Shown here in pieces: positions 41,420 to 52,584 of a DNA stretch of 64,000 bases; the stretch's first letter is position 1, and each line of letters opens with the position of its first letter. Under the pieces are notes generated by a model, which searched no databases, was not told the origin of the DNA, and saw nothing but the letters and a program-made list of their open reading frames with translations. Location of the stretch: assembly GCA_963813155.1 (NCBI GenBank), contig CAWEYG010000004.1:32001-96000 (forward strand). Reading direction: 5' to 3'. The stretch comes from an uncultured Acidobacteriota bacterium. Its GTDB lineage: Bacteria; Acidobacteriota; Thermoanaerobaculia; UBA5066; DATFVB01. The position numbers and the translations under genes were made by a program.

Positions 41420-42426
41420 GCCTCCCGGACGCGCTCCGTCTGCTCGCGGAACGCCGGCCGATGAGCGGGGAGACGGCAAAGGGGGCGTTCCTCGACCTGA
41501 TGGAGGGCCGGGCGACGGACGCGCAGAAGGGCGCGCTCCTGCTGGGGCTCGCGGCGCGGGGCGAAACGCCGGAGGAGGTCGCGGGAGCGGTTTCCGCGTT
41601 GCGGGAAAAGATGACGGCGGTGGTTTCGCGCCGGTCGCCGCTCGTGGACACGTGCGGAACCGGCGGCGACGGCGCGGCGACGTTCAACGTCTCCACGGCG
41701 GCGGCGCTCGTCTGCGCCGGGGCCGGAGCGGCCGTCGCGAAGCACGGCAACCGCGCGGTGTCGTCGCGCTGCGGATCGGCGGACGTTCTCGAGGCGCTCG
41801 GCGTTCCTCTGGAAACGACGGCCGAGGAGGTCGCGAGGGACCTCGAGTCCCGGGGATTCGCGTTCCTCTTCGCGCCCGCGTTCCATCCCGCGATGAAGGA
41901 AGCCGCCGCCGTCCGCCGACAGCTGGGCGTGCGCACGATATTCAACCTGATCGGTCCTCTCGCGAACCCGGCGCGACCGTCGCGGCAGCTGATCGGCGTC
42001 GGACGATTCGAGGTCGCGGACCTGCTGGCCCGGGCGATGGCGCTCCTCGAAAGCGAGCGGACGATCATCTTCCATTCCGAAAACGGCCTCGACGAGCTGA
42101 CCCCGGGAGTTCCCGCGATCGGTTTCGAGATCCGCGGGCCGCGCGTCGACCCCTGGAAATTCGATCCCGGCGTGCTGGCGCAGCGCGCCGTCGCCCGCGA
42201 GGAGCTGGCGGGAGGCGACGCCCGCGAGAACGCCGCCGCGCTCGTTCGCCTCCTCGGGGGCGAGCGGGGCCCCTTGCGGGAAACCGTTCTCCTGAACTCC
42301 GCCGCGGGACTCTGGGTCGCGGGGACGGCGGCGACGCTGCACGACGGGTATGACCTCGCGTGCGATTCGATCGACGGCGGCCGCGCGGGCGCGGTTCTCG
42401 AGGCGGCGCAGCGGAGCGCGGCATGA
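41416..42426 (+). CDS. trpD: Anthranilate phosphoribosyltransferase
   Basis: DTCGTGGD, KHGNRAVSS, GSADVL, GLDE. Confidence 0.95.
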   Translation: MSLPDALRLLAERRPMSGETAKGAFLDLMEGRATDAQKGALLLGLAARGETPEEVAGAVSALREKMTAVVSRRSPLVDTCGTGGDGAATFNVSTAAALVCAGAGAAVAKHGNRAVSSRCGSADVLEALGVPLETTAEEVARDLESRGFAFLFAPAFHPAMKEAAAVRRQLGVRTIFNLIGPLANPARPSRQLIGVGRFEVADLLARAMALLESERTIIFHSENGLDELTPGVPAIGFEIRGPRVDPWKFDPGVLAQRAVAREELAGGDARENAAALVRLLGGERGPLRETVLLNSAAGLWVAGTAATLHDGYDLACDSIDGGRAGAVLEAAQRSAA

Positions 42427-43199
42427 GCGCCGGGGTGCTCGACGCGATCGTCTCCGCGACGCGACGCCGCGTTCGGGAGGGCGGGTATTCTCCCGCGGCG
42501 AAGGCCGGACCCTCGCCGCGCGGGGATCTGTTCCTCGCGTCTCTGCGGGAGCCGGGGACCCGGATCATCGCCGAAATCAAGGCGAAGTCCCCGTCGGCCG
42601 GGGAGATCGTGCGGGACTGCGGCCGAAAAGTCGAAACCCTCGCGCTCGCGTACCGGCGAGGCCACGCGGCCGCGATCTCGGTCGTCACGGAACGGGAGTA
42701 TTTCGGCGGGGATCCGGACTGGATCGCGAGGGCGAAAAAGATCTCCGGCCTGCCCGTGTTGATGAAGGACTTTGTGGTCGAGGAGGCCCAGCTGGACTTC
42801 GCGGCTTCGCACGGAGCCGACGCCGTGCTCCTGATCGCCTCGATTCTCGACGAGTCGGAACTGAGACGGCTGCGGGAGGCGGCGGAAGCCCGGGGATTGG
42901 CGGCCCTCGTGGAGACGCATTCGGAAATCGAAATTGAGAGAGCGATCGCCGCCGGGGCGACGATCGTCGGGGTCAACGCGCGCAATCTTCAGTCCTTCGC
43001 CGTCGGGCTCGAAGACCTCGTTTCCCTCGCCCCGCGAATCCCTTCTCCGAGGGTTCGGGTTGCCGAGAGCGGAATCCGGACCCGCGGGGACGTCGAGACG
43101 CTCGCCGCCGCCGGATACGGCGCGTTTCTCGTCGGCGAGACGCTGCTGCGCTCGCACGAGCCCGAAGTCGTCCTCCGAGGCCTGCGGGGCGAGCCGTGA
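42423..43199 (+). CDS. trpC: Indole-3-glycerol phosphate synthase
   Basis: [33 protein letters not shown]. Confidence 0.95.
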   Translation: MSAGVLDAIVSATRRRVREGGYSPAAKAGPSPRGDLFLASLREPGTRIIAEIKAKSPSAGEIVRDCGRKVETLALAYRRGHAAAISVVTEREYFGGDPDWIARAKKISGLPVLMKDFVVEEAQLDFAASHGADAVLLIASILDESELRRLREAAEARGLAALVETHSEIEIERAIAAGATIVGVNARNLQSFAVGLEDLVSLAPRIPSPRVRVAESGIRTRGDVETLAAAGYGAFLVGETLLRSHEPEVVLRGLRGEP

Positions 43200-43803
43200 C
43201 CGGCGTCAAGATCTGCGGGTTGACGCGGCCCGGGGACGTCGCGCTGGCGGCGGCCCTCGGCGCGAGCCACGTGGGCTTCAATTGTTCCCCGCGGAGCCCG
43301 AGGCGCGCCGATCTCCGGATCGCGGCCGAGCTCGCGCGGGAATCGGGAAACGCGAAGCGCGTCGGCGTGTTCGTCGACGAGACGGCGGAAGAGATTCGCC
43401 GGGCGGTCGACGCCCTCCGGCTGGACTTCCTTCAGATCCATCGCGCCCTTCGAGCTTCGGACCTGGATCACGGCCTGCCGGTCGTCGCCGTCGCCCGGGT
43501 CGACGGCGAAGCGGCGGAGGTGCCCGAGACGGCGCTTCTGCGCCGGTGCCGGGCGATTCTTTTCGATACCGCCGATCCCGGGAGGCCGGGCGGCACCGGG
43601 AATTCCTTCGACTGGAGGCTCCTCGAACGGATGACCTTCCCCGTGCCGATGTGGCTGGCAGGCGGCCTGCGCGCCGACAACGTGGGGGAGGCGATCCTTC
43701 GCGGGCGGCCCGAGGTCGTCGACGTCGCGTCCGGAGTCGAATCGTCTCCCGGCGTCAAAGACAAGGCGAAGCTCGAAGCTTTCTTTCTCGCGGCGAGGCG
43801 GGC

Positions 43804-43807
<4 letters not shown>
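43196..43807 (+). CDS. trpF: Phosphoribosylanthranilate isomerase
   Basis: [28 protein letters not shown]. Confidence 0.95.
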
Positions 43808-44978
<1,171 letters not shown>

Positions 44979-44982
<4 letters not shown>

Positions 44983-45788
44983 CGGCGTCGCGCCTCGCCG
45001 GGAAGTTCGAGGCCGCGCGGCTGGACGGCCGCGCCTGCTTCATTCCTTACCTGACGGCCGGCGACCCGGATCTCGCGACGACCGTCGCGCTCGCGCGGGA
45101 GCTCGATCGGTCCGGCGCGGACGTGCTCGAGCTCGGCGTTCCGTTCTCCGACCCGATCGCCGACGGACCGACTCTCCAGCGGGCCGCCGCCCGCGCGCTG
45201 GCCGGCGGAACGACGCTCGCGGGCGTGCTCGAATGCGCGGCCGAGATTCGCCGCTCCACCCGTCTCGCGCTCGTGCTCTTTTCGTACGCGAACCCGCTCT
45301 TCGCGCCGGGGTTCGCGCGCGCGATGGACAGGTCGGCCGCGGCCGGTTTCGACGGCGTCCTGCTGACCGACGTTCCGGCGGAAGAGGCGGACGATTTCCT
45401 GCCCGCGATCGCGGCCTCGGGCCTCGACCCGATCTTCCTCGTGTCGCCGACGTCACCCGAAGAGCGAATGCGAAGAGCCTCGCGCCTCTCGCGGGGTTTT
45501 CTGTACGTCATCTCGCGGACCGGGACGACGGGGGAGAAGAAGTCGCTCGCGAGGGATCTCGCGCCGACGGTCCGGCGCGCCCGCCGCTGCTCCCCGGAGC
45601 TGCCGGTCGCCGTCGGGTTCGGCATTTCGACGGCCGCCGATGCGGCGCGCGTGGCCGCCCTTGCGGACGGCGTCATCGTCGGCTCGGCGCTCGTCCGGCT
45701 CGTCGAGTCGAGCGGACGGGACGCCGTCCCGGCGGCGGGACGGTTCGTCCGCGAAATGAGCGCGGCCTGCCTTCGAGCGCGGCGATGA
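44979..45788 (+). CDS. trpA: Tryptophan synthase alpha chain
   Basis: [32 protein letters not shown]. Confidence 0.96.
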
Positions 45789-46078
45789 GCGTCAGCGAGT
45801 TGGAGCGCCTGAGGCAGGCGATCGACGAGCTCGATCGCGTGATCGTGAAGCTCCTGAACCAGCGCGCGAAATACGCGATCGAGATCGGCCACGCGAAGAA
45901 GACTGTCGCGCTGCCGGTGTATTCGCCCGAGCGGGAGCGCGAAGTTCTTCGCAACGTCGAGGACGAGAACCGCGGCCCGCTCTCCGCCGACGGAATCCGC
46001 CGGCTCTACGAACGCATCATCGACGAGTCGCGGCGAATCGAGCGCCAGGCGAAAGAAGAAGAACGGGAAGAGGAGTGA
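45785..46078 (+). CDS. Chorismate mutase (AroQ type)
   Basis: LRQAIDELDRVIVKLLNQRA, PERE. Confidence 0.92.
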   Translation: MSVSELERLRQAIDELDRVIVKLLNQRAKYAIEIGHAKKTVALPVYSPEREREVLRNVEDENRGPLSADGIRRLYERIIDESRRIERQAKEEEREEE

Positions 46079-46085
46079 GGAACCC

Positions 46086-47099
46086 ATGTTGATCGTGATG
46101 AAGCCGAACGCGGGCGAAGCCGAAGTCGACGCGGTGATCGCGCGGCTCGTCGAAAAGGGGTTCGACGTCCACCGGTCGACGGGAGCGGAGCGGACCGTGC
46201 TCGGCGCGGTCGGACACGTCCAGAACAGCGACCCGCGGTTCTTCGAGGACATGGCCGGCGTGTTCGAGGTCGTCCGGATCAGCGAGCCGTACAAGCTTGC
46301 CGGGCGCACGTTCCAGCCGCGCGACAGCGTCGTGTCGGTTCGCGGGGTGCCGGTCGGCGGCGACGAGGTCGTCGTGATGGCGGGGCCGTGCACGATCGAG
46401 ACGCGCGAGCAGGTGTACGAGAGCGCGAAGGCGATCGCCCGGGCGGGCGCGAAGATCCTGCGCGGGGGCGCGTACAAGCCGCGCACGTCCCCGTATTCCT
46501 ACCAGGGGATGGGCGTCGATGGCTGGAAGATCCAGAGGGAAGTCGCCGACGAGTTCGGCCTCGCGACCGTGTCGGAGGTCATGGACTCCTCGCAGATCGA
46601 GGACGCGCTGGAGTACGTGGATCTCCTGCAGGTCGGCGCGAGGAACATGCAGAACTTCACGTTCCTGAAAGAGCTCGGCAAGATCCGCAAGCCGGTTCTC
46701 CTGAAACGCGGTCTCTCCGCGACGATCGAAGAATGGCTGTTGTCCGCCGAATACATCATGGCGGGCGGCAACCGCGACGTCATCCTGTGCGAGCGGGGAA
46801 TCCGCACGTTCGAGCGCTACACGCGCAACACGCTGGACATCTCCGCGATCCCGGTCATCGAGAAGCTCTCGCACCTGCCCGTCGTCGCCGACCCGTCGCA
46901 CGGCACGGGGCACCGCGAGCAGGTCGCGCCGATGGCGCTCGCCGCGGCGGCCGCGGGCGCGGACGGCCTGATCATCGAGGTGCATCCCGATCCGGACAAC
47001 GCGCTGTGCGACGGCCCGCAGTCGCTGCTGCCGGAGCAGTTCACGAGGCTGATGGATCAGCTCAGAATCATCGCCCCGGCCGTGGGGAAGCGGATTTGA
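46086..47099 (+). CDS. aroF: DAHP synthase (type I-beta, N-terminal regulatory domain)
   Basis: [43 protein letters not shown]. Confidence 0.93.
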   Translation: MLIVMKPNAGEAEVDAVIARLVEKGFDVHRSTGAERTVLGAVGHVQNSDPRFFEDMAGVFEVVRISEPYKLAGRTFQPRDSVVSVRGVPVGGDEVVVMAGPCTIETREQVYESAKAIARAGAKILRGGAYKPRTSPYSYQGMGVDGWKIQREVADEFGLATVSEVMDSSQIEDALEYVDLLQVGARNMQNFTFLKELGKIRKPVLLKRGLSATIEEWLLSAEYIMAGGNRDVILCERGIRTFERYTRNTLDISAIPVIEKLSHLPVVADPSHGTGHREQVAPMALAAAAAGADGLIIEVHPDPDNALCDGPQSLLPEQFTRLMDQLRIIAPAVGKRI

Positions 47100-47104
47100 G
47101 CTAC

Positions 47105-47165
47105 TCCCTCTCCCGGCGGGAGAGGGGTGGGGACCGGGGGGATGTCATTCCCGCGAAAGCGGGAA
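47105..47165. repeat. Two REP-like palindromes: CCCTCTCCC-GGC-GGGAGAGGG, and GTCATTCCCGCGAAAGCGGGAA|TC (split by the IS)
   Basis: Read directly; the second palindrome is completed by GAATC at 48203-48207. Confidence 0.75.
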
Positions 47166-48155
47166 GGTGGATTCACATTTGAAGTGCAACAGATGAGAGA
47201 AGACCTCGGCCGGGGTTTGGAAGTCAAGGCATTTCCTAGGTGTGTGATTGTAGAGTTGGGCAAGGCGGAGGATTTGGCTCGTGGGAAGGACTGCCAGGTC
47301 GGTTTTTCGGGGGAGGAAGCGACGAAGCCGGCCGATGGCATTTTCGACTCCGCCCTTCTGCCAAGGAGACCGTGGATCGCAAAAGAATGTTTCGACTCCG
47401 AGGGTTTTTCCCAGGCGGTGATGGAAAGCGAACTCGGTTCCGTTGTCGAAGGTCACGGTGCGGCGCAGGGACGGGGGAAGAGGTCGCAGAAGATTTTCGA
47501 TGGTAGAGACAAGAGGTGCGGCGGCCTTGCTTTGTTGACGCAGGATAACCGTCAGTCGAGAAGTACGTTCGTGAAGGGCCAAGACGGCCTGCCCATAGGT
47601 GGCAAAGAGCATGAGATCGGCCTCCCAATGGCCAGGGTTGGTTCGGTCACTGGCTTCTGGGGGTCGCAGAGCAATGGGGACACGGTTTTGGATGTGCACG
47701 GTCGAGTTGCCGTGTTTTGGGGAGCGTCGGCCGCGCTTGCTCTTGCCGCGGGGGAGGTAGAGCCGCCAGGAGTAATCCTTGGTGCGAGCGATCTGAGCGG
47801 CGATGAAGCGATAAATGGTTTCATGACTGACAACCGGCCGGCCTTCTTCGCGCGCGAGCCTGCCGGCGACCTCCTGCGGCGACCATCCCTGACTGAGGCG
47901 GTCCAAGACCAGAGCCTGGAGGTCGGGCCGACGCAACAGTTTGCTGCCGGTCCAGCGCCGTGCCTTGGCCTGTTGACCGGCGTAAACGGGCTGATACCCG
48001 CCCGACGTCGTGCTGTTGCGCTTCAGCTCCCGAGCAACGCTCGATGGCGCGCGATCCAGACCTGCCGCGATTTGCCGGATCGATTGCCCGGCGCAGCGAC
48101 GCCGGGCAATCTCACACCGTTCCTGGATCCCAAGCTGCCCGTATTGGCGCCCCAT
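47145..48155 (-). CDS. IS30-family DDE transposase
   Basis: HTH (SIRQIA..LDRAPSSVARELKRN), WSPQEV, SHETIYR, GHWEAD, TFDNGTEF, PWQKGGVEN. Confidence 0.95.
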   Translation of the reverse strand: MGRQYGQLGIQERCEIARRRCAGQSIRQIAAGLDRAPSSVARELKRNSTTSGGYQPVYAGQQAKARRWTGSKLLRRPDLQALVLDRLSQGWSPQEVAGRLAREEGRPVVSHETIYRFIAAQIARTKDYSWRLYLPRGKSKRGRRSPKHGNSTVHIQNRVPIALRPPEASDRTNPGHWEADLMLFATYGQAVLALHERTSRLTVILRQQSKAAAPLVSTIENLLRPLPPSLRRTVTFDNGTEFAFHHRLGKTLGVETFFCDPRSPWQKGGVENAIGRLRRFLPRKTDLAVLPTSQILRLAQLYNHTPRKCLDFQTPAEVFSHLLHFKCESTFPLSRE

Positions 48156-48202
48156 CGCAGCACCCCCATCAGAAGGTGTTGCACTTCGTTTGTGAAATCA
48201 AA
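47166..48202 (-). mobile_element. IS30-family insertion sequence (~1037 bp)
   Basis: Imperfect 26-bp IRs GGTGGATTCACATTTGAAGTGCAACA / TGTTGCACTTCGTTTGTGAAATCAAA; GAA duplicated at 47163-65 and 48203-05; lower GC than flanks. Confidence 0.9.
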
Positions 48203-48236
48203 GAATCGCTCTGGCGTGCCCGTGTAAAATCTCCCG

Positions 48237-49358
48237 ATGTCATCCCCCCTCCCTCCCGTCGCGATCGTCGGAGCCGGGCCGACCGGAATCGCGTGCGCGA
48301 TCGAGCTCCAGCGTGTCGGCCGCGAGGCGATTTGCTACGACCGCGGCGGGATCCTCGATTCGATCTACCGCTTTCCGGAGGAAATGGTCTGGTTTTCCAC
48401 GCGCGACCTGCTGGACATCGGCGGAATCCCATTCGCGACGCCGCACGCCCACCCGACGCGCCTCGAGACGCTCGCGTATTACCGGGGTGTCGCCGAGAAG
48501 TTCGGCGTGAAGATCGAGGCGGAAACCGAAATCGAAAGGATCGAAAAATCGAGCGGAGGGAACTTCCGCTTCCTCGCGCGTCGTCGCGGCGAGACGGTTT
48601 CGTTCGAGGCCTCCGCGGCCGTGCTCGCGACCGGGTTCTTCCATAACCCGAAAAAGCTCGACGTGCCGGGATGCGACCAGGCTCACGTTCATTCTCGGTA
48701 CGTTTCGGCGTATCCGTACCACGGCCGTGACGTCGTCGTCGTGGGTGCGAAGAACGGGGCCGCGGAAGCGGCGCTGGACCTGTACCGCCACGGCGCCCGT
48801 GTGACGCTCGTCGCGCGAGCGGGCGAGATCTCCGACCGCGTGAAGTACTGGGTGAAGCCCGACATCGAGAACCGCATCCGAGAGGGGGCGATCCACGCGT
48901 TGTTCCACGCCTCGATCGTCGAGATCGGCTCTGATTCCGTTGTCGTCCGGGCGCGGTCCGGCGGGCAGACCTCGCGGCCGCGTGCTTCGCACACCGAGCT
49001 GAGCGGCCGCTCACTTCCAACCGAGGGGAAGGTTCCCCTCGATCTCCCCTCTCCAACTGGAGAGGGGTGGCCGTCAGGCCGGGGTGAGGTCAAGATCCCC
49101 GCGGACGCGGTTTTCGCCCTGATCGGCTACGAACCGGATTTTTCTCTCCTGGAGAGATGCGGTGTTCGGCTGGAAGGGGAGAAGAGAGTCCCCGCGCACG
49201 ACCCGGAGACGTTGGAGTCGAACGTGCTCGGGCTCTATCTCGCGGGCGCGCTCCTCACGGGCACCGAGACGGGCCGCATTTTCATCGAGAACAGCCGCCA
49301 CCACGCCGCCCAGATCGCCCGCGCGATCGCGCACCGGATCCCCGCGGCTCATGCCTGA
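48237..49358 (+). CDS. YpdA-family FAD/NAD(P)H disulfide oxidoreductase with ~40-aa in-frame insertion
   Basis: GAGPTG, SIYRFP, PTRLETLAYYR, VKYWVKPDIENRI, GYEPD, IFIENSR. Confidence 0.88.
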   Translation: MSSPLPPVAIVGAGPTGIACAIELQRVGREAICYDRGGILDSIYRFPEEMVWFSTRDLLDIGGIPFATPHAHPTRLETLAYYRGVAEKFGVKIEAETEIERIEKSSGGNFRFLARRRGETVSFEASAAVLATGFFHNPKKLDVPGCDQAHVHSRYVSAYPYHGRDVVVVGAKNGAAEAALDLYRHGARVTLVARAGEISDRVKYWVKPDIENRIREGAIHALFHASIVEIGSDSVVVRARSGGQTSRPRASHTELSGRSLPTEGKVPLDLPSPTGEGWPSGRGEVKIPADAVFALIGYEPDFSLLERCGVRLEGEKRVPAHDPETLESNVLGLYLAGALLTGTETGRIFIENSRHHAAQIARAIAHRIPAAHA

Positions 49359-50031
49359 GGCGACCGAGAGGGAGCTGCTCCGGCTGCTCGCCGGGATGGA
49401 CGTTTCCCCGGAACGGATCCGCCAGCTCCTGGGAGACCGCGATGCCCGGCGGCTCCACGTCGTTCGGCGCATTCTCGCCGCGCACCCGAAGACTCCCCGG
49501 GCCGACGCGCTCGCTCTCGTGCCGACGCTCTACTGGCGGGACCTCGCGTGGATTTCCTCCGAGGCGCGTGCCCATCCCGCGATCCGGCAGGCCGCCGACC
49601 GGGAGATCCTTCGCCGGGCGCCCGGGCTCGCGGTGGCCGAGCGATGCGCCGTCGCGCAGCTCTCCGGGCGCGGAGTGATCGCGGCGCTTCGCCGGGACGC
49701 CGACGGCGCGGTTCTGCGAGCGCTCCTCCGAAACCGGCTGACCGTCGAGTCGGACGTCGTTTTCATCGCGGGCACGTCCCGCGACCCGGACCTGCTCGTT
49801 TCTCTGCTTTCGGCGCCTGTGTGGGGCGTCCGCGTCGCCGTCCGGGCCGCGATCGCCCGGAATCCCTTCACGCCCGAAGACGAGGCGGTTCGGCTCTTTC
49901 CGTCCATCCCGCTCGCGGACCTGCGCGAGATCTGCGGGGAGGGCCGCCGCCCGGTCTCCTTCCTGTTTCGCGCCCGCCAGGCGCTGGCCGAGAGGGTCGA
50001 AGGGCGTGACAGCTGCACGCGAGTGGTCTAG
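49351..50031 (+). CDS. Hypothetical helical-repeat (LRV/HEAT-like) protein
   Basis: VRRILAAHPKTP, VLRALLRNRLT, VRAAIARNPFTP repeats. Confidence 0.7.
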   Translation: MPEATERELLRLLAGMDVSPERIRQLLGDRDARRLHVVRRILAAHPKTPRADALALVPTLYWRDLAWISSEARAHPAIRQAADREILRRAPGLAVAERCAVAQLSGRGVIAALRRDADGAVLRALLRNRLTVESDVVFIAGTSRDPDLLVSLLSAPVWGVRVAVRAAIARNPFTPEDEAVRLFPSIPLADLREICGEGRRPVSFLFRARQALAERVEGRDSCTRVV

Positions 50032-50047
50032 CATGTACCGAACATCA

Positions 50048-50826
50048 ATGGCCGATTCGGGCGAGGTCGGGTTCGGCGAAGAATTGCGGCGCAACCGCCT
50101 GGTGCGCGAAGTGTCCCTGGAAAGCATCGCGAGCGCAACGAAGATCTCGAAACGGCATCTCGAGGCGCTCGAGAGGGGCGATTTTTCGCGTCTTCCGGCG
50201 CCGGTCTTCACGCGGGGCTTCATTCGCGCCTACGCGGGATACCTCGGGCTCGACCCCGAAGAAATGGTGAATGCCTATCTTTCCGACACGGTGAATGCGT
50301 CCCCGCGGGCAGATGCGAGATCCGAGGCGTCGATCTCCCGTCGTCCGCGTTCCGTCGCGATCCTGCCCGTTGCGGCAGCTGTTCTCGGCATCGGATCGTC
50401 CTGGCGGGCGTCGCCTGGCGGGCGGCGCATCGCGCTCGCCCGGCGTCGGCGAAGACGACCGTTCTGCCGCCCGTGTCGGCTTCTCCTTTCATTCGTGAAA
50501 TTCCGAAGTCCACCTCCGCGCCCGCGCCGGGGATCTCCGGCGGCGCGCCGGCCGCTCCCCTGGCCCTGACTCTGAGGTTTCAGGAGGACTGCTGGATCGA
50601 GCTCTTCGGCGACGAGAGGCTCCTCTTCTCGGGGATGTTGAAGAAGGGCGAAGACCGGACCTTCGAAGCGCAGAGCGACTTCCGCCTCACCCTGGGAAAC
50701 GCGCGCGCGGTGGCCGTCGCCGTCAACGGCCGGTTGCTGCCGCCGCTCGGCGGAGCGGGGCAGGTCGTCCGCGATCTTCGCATCGACGCCGCCCATCTGG
50801 ACGAGCTCGTTTCCCGCCGGAGCTAG
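50048..50826 (+). CDS. RodZ-like protein (HTH + TM + DUF4115); frameshift near 50400-50470
   Basis: FGEELRR, IASATKI, LEALERG, FTRGFIRAYAGYLGLD; EDCWIEL, LTLGNARAV.V.VNG. Confidence 0.85.
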
Positions 50827-50827
50827 C

Positions 50828-51886
50828 CTGGCAGGGGGGCCGATCTCGCCGGATCGCGATTTTACCGTCGCGTCTCTTCTCGACGGCTCGGCCGACCGAG
50901 TCCTTCGCCTGTTCGGCGCAAAGGCCCTTCTTCCGCTCGGGATCGAGGACCGGCTTCGAATTCTGCTGAGCTGCCGGAACGATACCGACGCGGAAATCGC
51001 GGGAGAGGCGGCCGCCTCGATCGCGAAAGTGCCTCCGGAGGAGTGGCTGAGCTTTCTGGACTTCGGCGAGCTCTCGGGAGGAGAGATTGGAGTCCTCGCG
51101 ACCTCCACCGACGATCCTTCGGTCCTGGAGCGGCTGGTGCGCCACCGGGCGACGCCCGACGCGGTGCTCGTCCGCCTCGCGCGCGAGGCTCCGGCGGCCG
51201 TTCTGGAGGCGCTCGTCGTGAACCAGAAGAGACTTCTGGCGCATCCGGCGATCATCGACGCCGCGGAAGCCAATCGCGCCCTTCCCCCCGATTGCCGCAG
51301 GCTCCTTCGGGAGATCCGCGAAGAATTCTTCGAGAAGGAATCCCGGCGGCGGGACGCCGCGGAGGCCGCGGCGCCGCTCGAGTCCGCACCCGAGGAAGCC
51401 GCGGGCCCGGCCGACCCCGAGACGCCGGCGTCCGGGGAGGTCGAGGCGGGCGAGACCGAGGAAGAGCACGAGCGCCGGATGGCGATCAACCAGCGAATCG
51501 CTTACATGAACGCGGCGGAGAAAATCGAGACGGCGCTCAAGGGGACGCGCGAGGAGAGGCGGATCCTGGTCACCGACGTGAACAAATCCGTGTGGGAGTC
51601 GGTTCTCAAATGCCCTTACCTCACGGACGTCGAGCTCGAGGCCTTCGCCTCGATGCGCAACGTGGACCCGGGGGTCTTTCGGCTGATGGCGCTGAAACCC
51701 GACTGGATGCGCAAGTACGGCGTCGTGCACAAGCTCGTGAACAACCCGATCGTTCCCAACGAGATCAGCATGGGACTGGTGAAATTCCTGCGGATGCGGG
51801 ACCTCCGGCTCGCCATGAACGACAAGAATCTCCCGGAACCCGTCCGAATCACGGCGCGGAAGATCTACCTCATCCGGCGCGCCTAA
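50828..51886 (+). CDS. Hypothetical helical-repeat protein; frame open from ~50828, start uncertain
   Basis: LVRHRATP, NQRIAYMNAAEKI, ALKGTREERRILV, VHKLVNNP. Confidence 0.7.
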   Translation: MAGGPISPDRDFTVASLLDGSADRVLRLFGAKALLPLGIEDRLRILLSCRNDTDAEIAGEAAASIAKVPPEEWLSFLDFGELSGGEIGVLATSTDDPSVLERLVRHRATPDAVLVRLAREAPAAVLEALVVNQKRLLAHPAIIDAAEANRALPPDCRRLLREIREEFFEKESRRRDAAEAAAPLESAPEEAAGPADPETPASGEVEAGETEEEHERRMAINQRIAYMNAAEKIETALKGTREERRILVTDVNKSVWESVLKCPYLTDVELEAFASMRNVDPGVFRLMALKPDWMRKYGVVHKLVNNPIVPNEISMGLVKFLRMRDLRLAMNDKNLPEPVRITARKIYLIRRA

Positions 51887-51953
51887 GCTCTCTCCTTCGA
51901 GGGTCTTGCGCAATCCATCGGAATTGCCGGATAATTGTCGAAGAAACCGAAGA

Positions 51954-52577
51954 ATGGCAGAGACGGTCAACCAATACGATGTGCTCGGCGTCCCGCGGAG
52001 CGCGACGACGGAGGAAATCCGAAAGCGATTTCGCGACCTCGCGCGCGAGCGCCATCCCGACCGGAGTTTGCCGGGCGAGAAGTCGCGCGCCGAAGCGGAG
52101 TTCCAGGCGCTCACGGCCGCCTACAACGTGCTGATGAGCCCGGTGAGGCGGGCGGCGCTGGATTTCGACCTCGACAACAAGGTCGTCTCCGAATCCGACC
52201 CGAAGGCGATCGCCCAGGCGTACCTCGCCAAGGGAGTGGAGGAATACCGGGAGGGGAGGCTGGACTCGGCGTTTTCCAATTTCGAGCTCGCCCTCCATCA
52301 CGACGCGGAAAACGCCGTGATCCAGCACCACTACGCGCTTTCCGCCGCGCGATCTCCGAACCGGCTTCGCCATGCGATCGCGGCGATCGAGAAATCGATC
52401 CGGATCGACCCCCACAACGCGGGCTTCCTCCGGGACGCCGGGACGATCTTTCGTCAGGCAGGGCTTTGGACTCGCGCCGAAAAGTGTTACCTTGAGGCAT
52501 TGAGGTGGATGCCCGACTCGCCGGAGATCCGGCGAGGCCTGGAAGACGCGCGGAACCATCGGGCTCCGCAACAGTGA
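51954..52577 (+). CDS. DnaJ-domain + TPR protein
   Basis: YDVLGV, EIRKRFRDLARERHPD, AYNVL; TPR-like helices. Confidence 0.9.
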   Translation: MAETVNQYDVLGVPRSATTEEIRKRFRDLARERHPDRSLPGEKSRAEAEFQALTAAYNVLMSPVRRAALDFDLDNKVVSESDPKAIAQAYLAKGVEEYREGRLDSAFSNFELALHHDAENAVIQHHYALSAARSPNRLRHAIAAIEKSIRIDPHNAGFLRDAGTIFRQAGLWTRAEKCYLEALRWMPDSPEIRRGLEDARNHRAPQQ

Positions 52578-52584
52578 ATTTCGA

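Noticed and set aside
47127-48227. 366-aa ORF antisense to the transposase
   Set aside because: No recognisable motifs and extends beyond the IS ends; treated as a shadow ORF
48177-48230. Hybrid promoter for ypdA formed by the IS end
   Set aside because: No -35-like hexamer at 16-18 nt from TAAAAT
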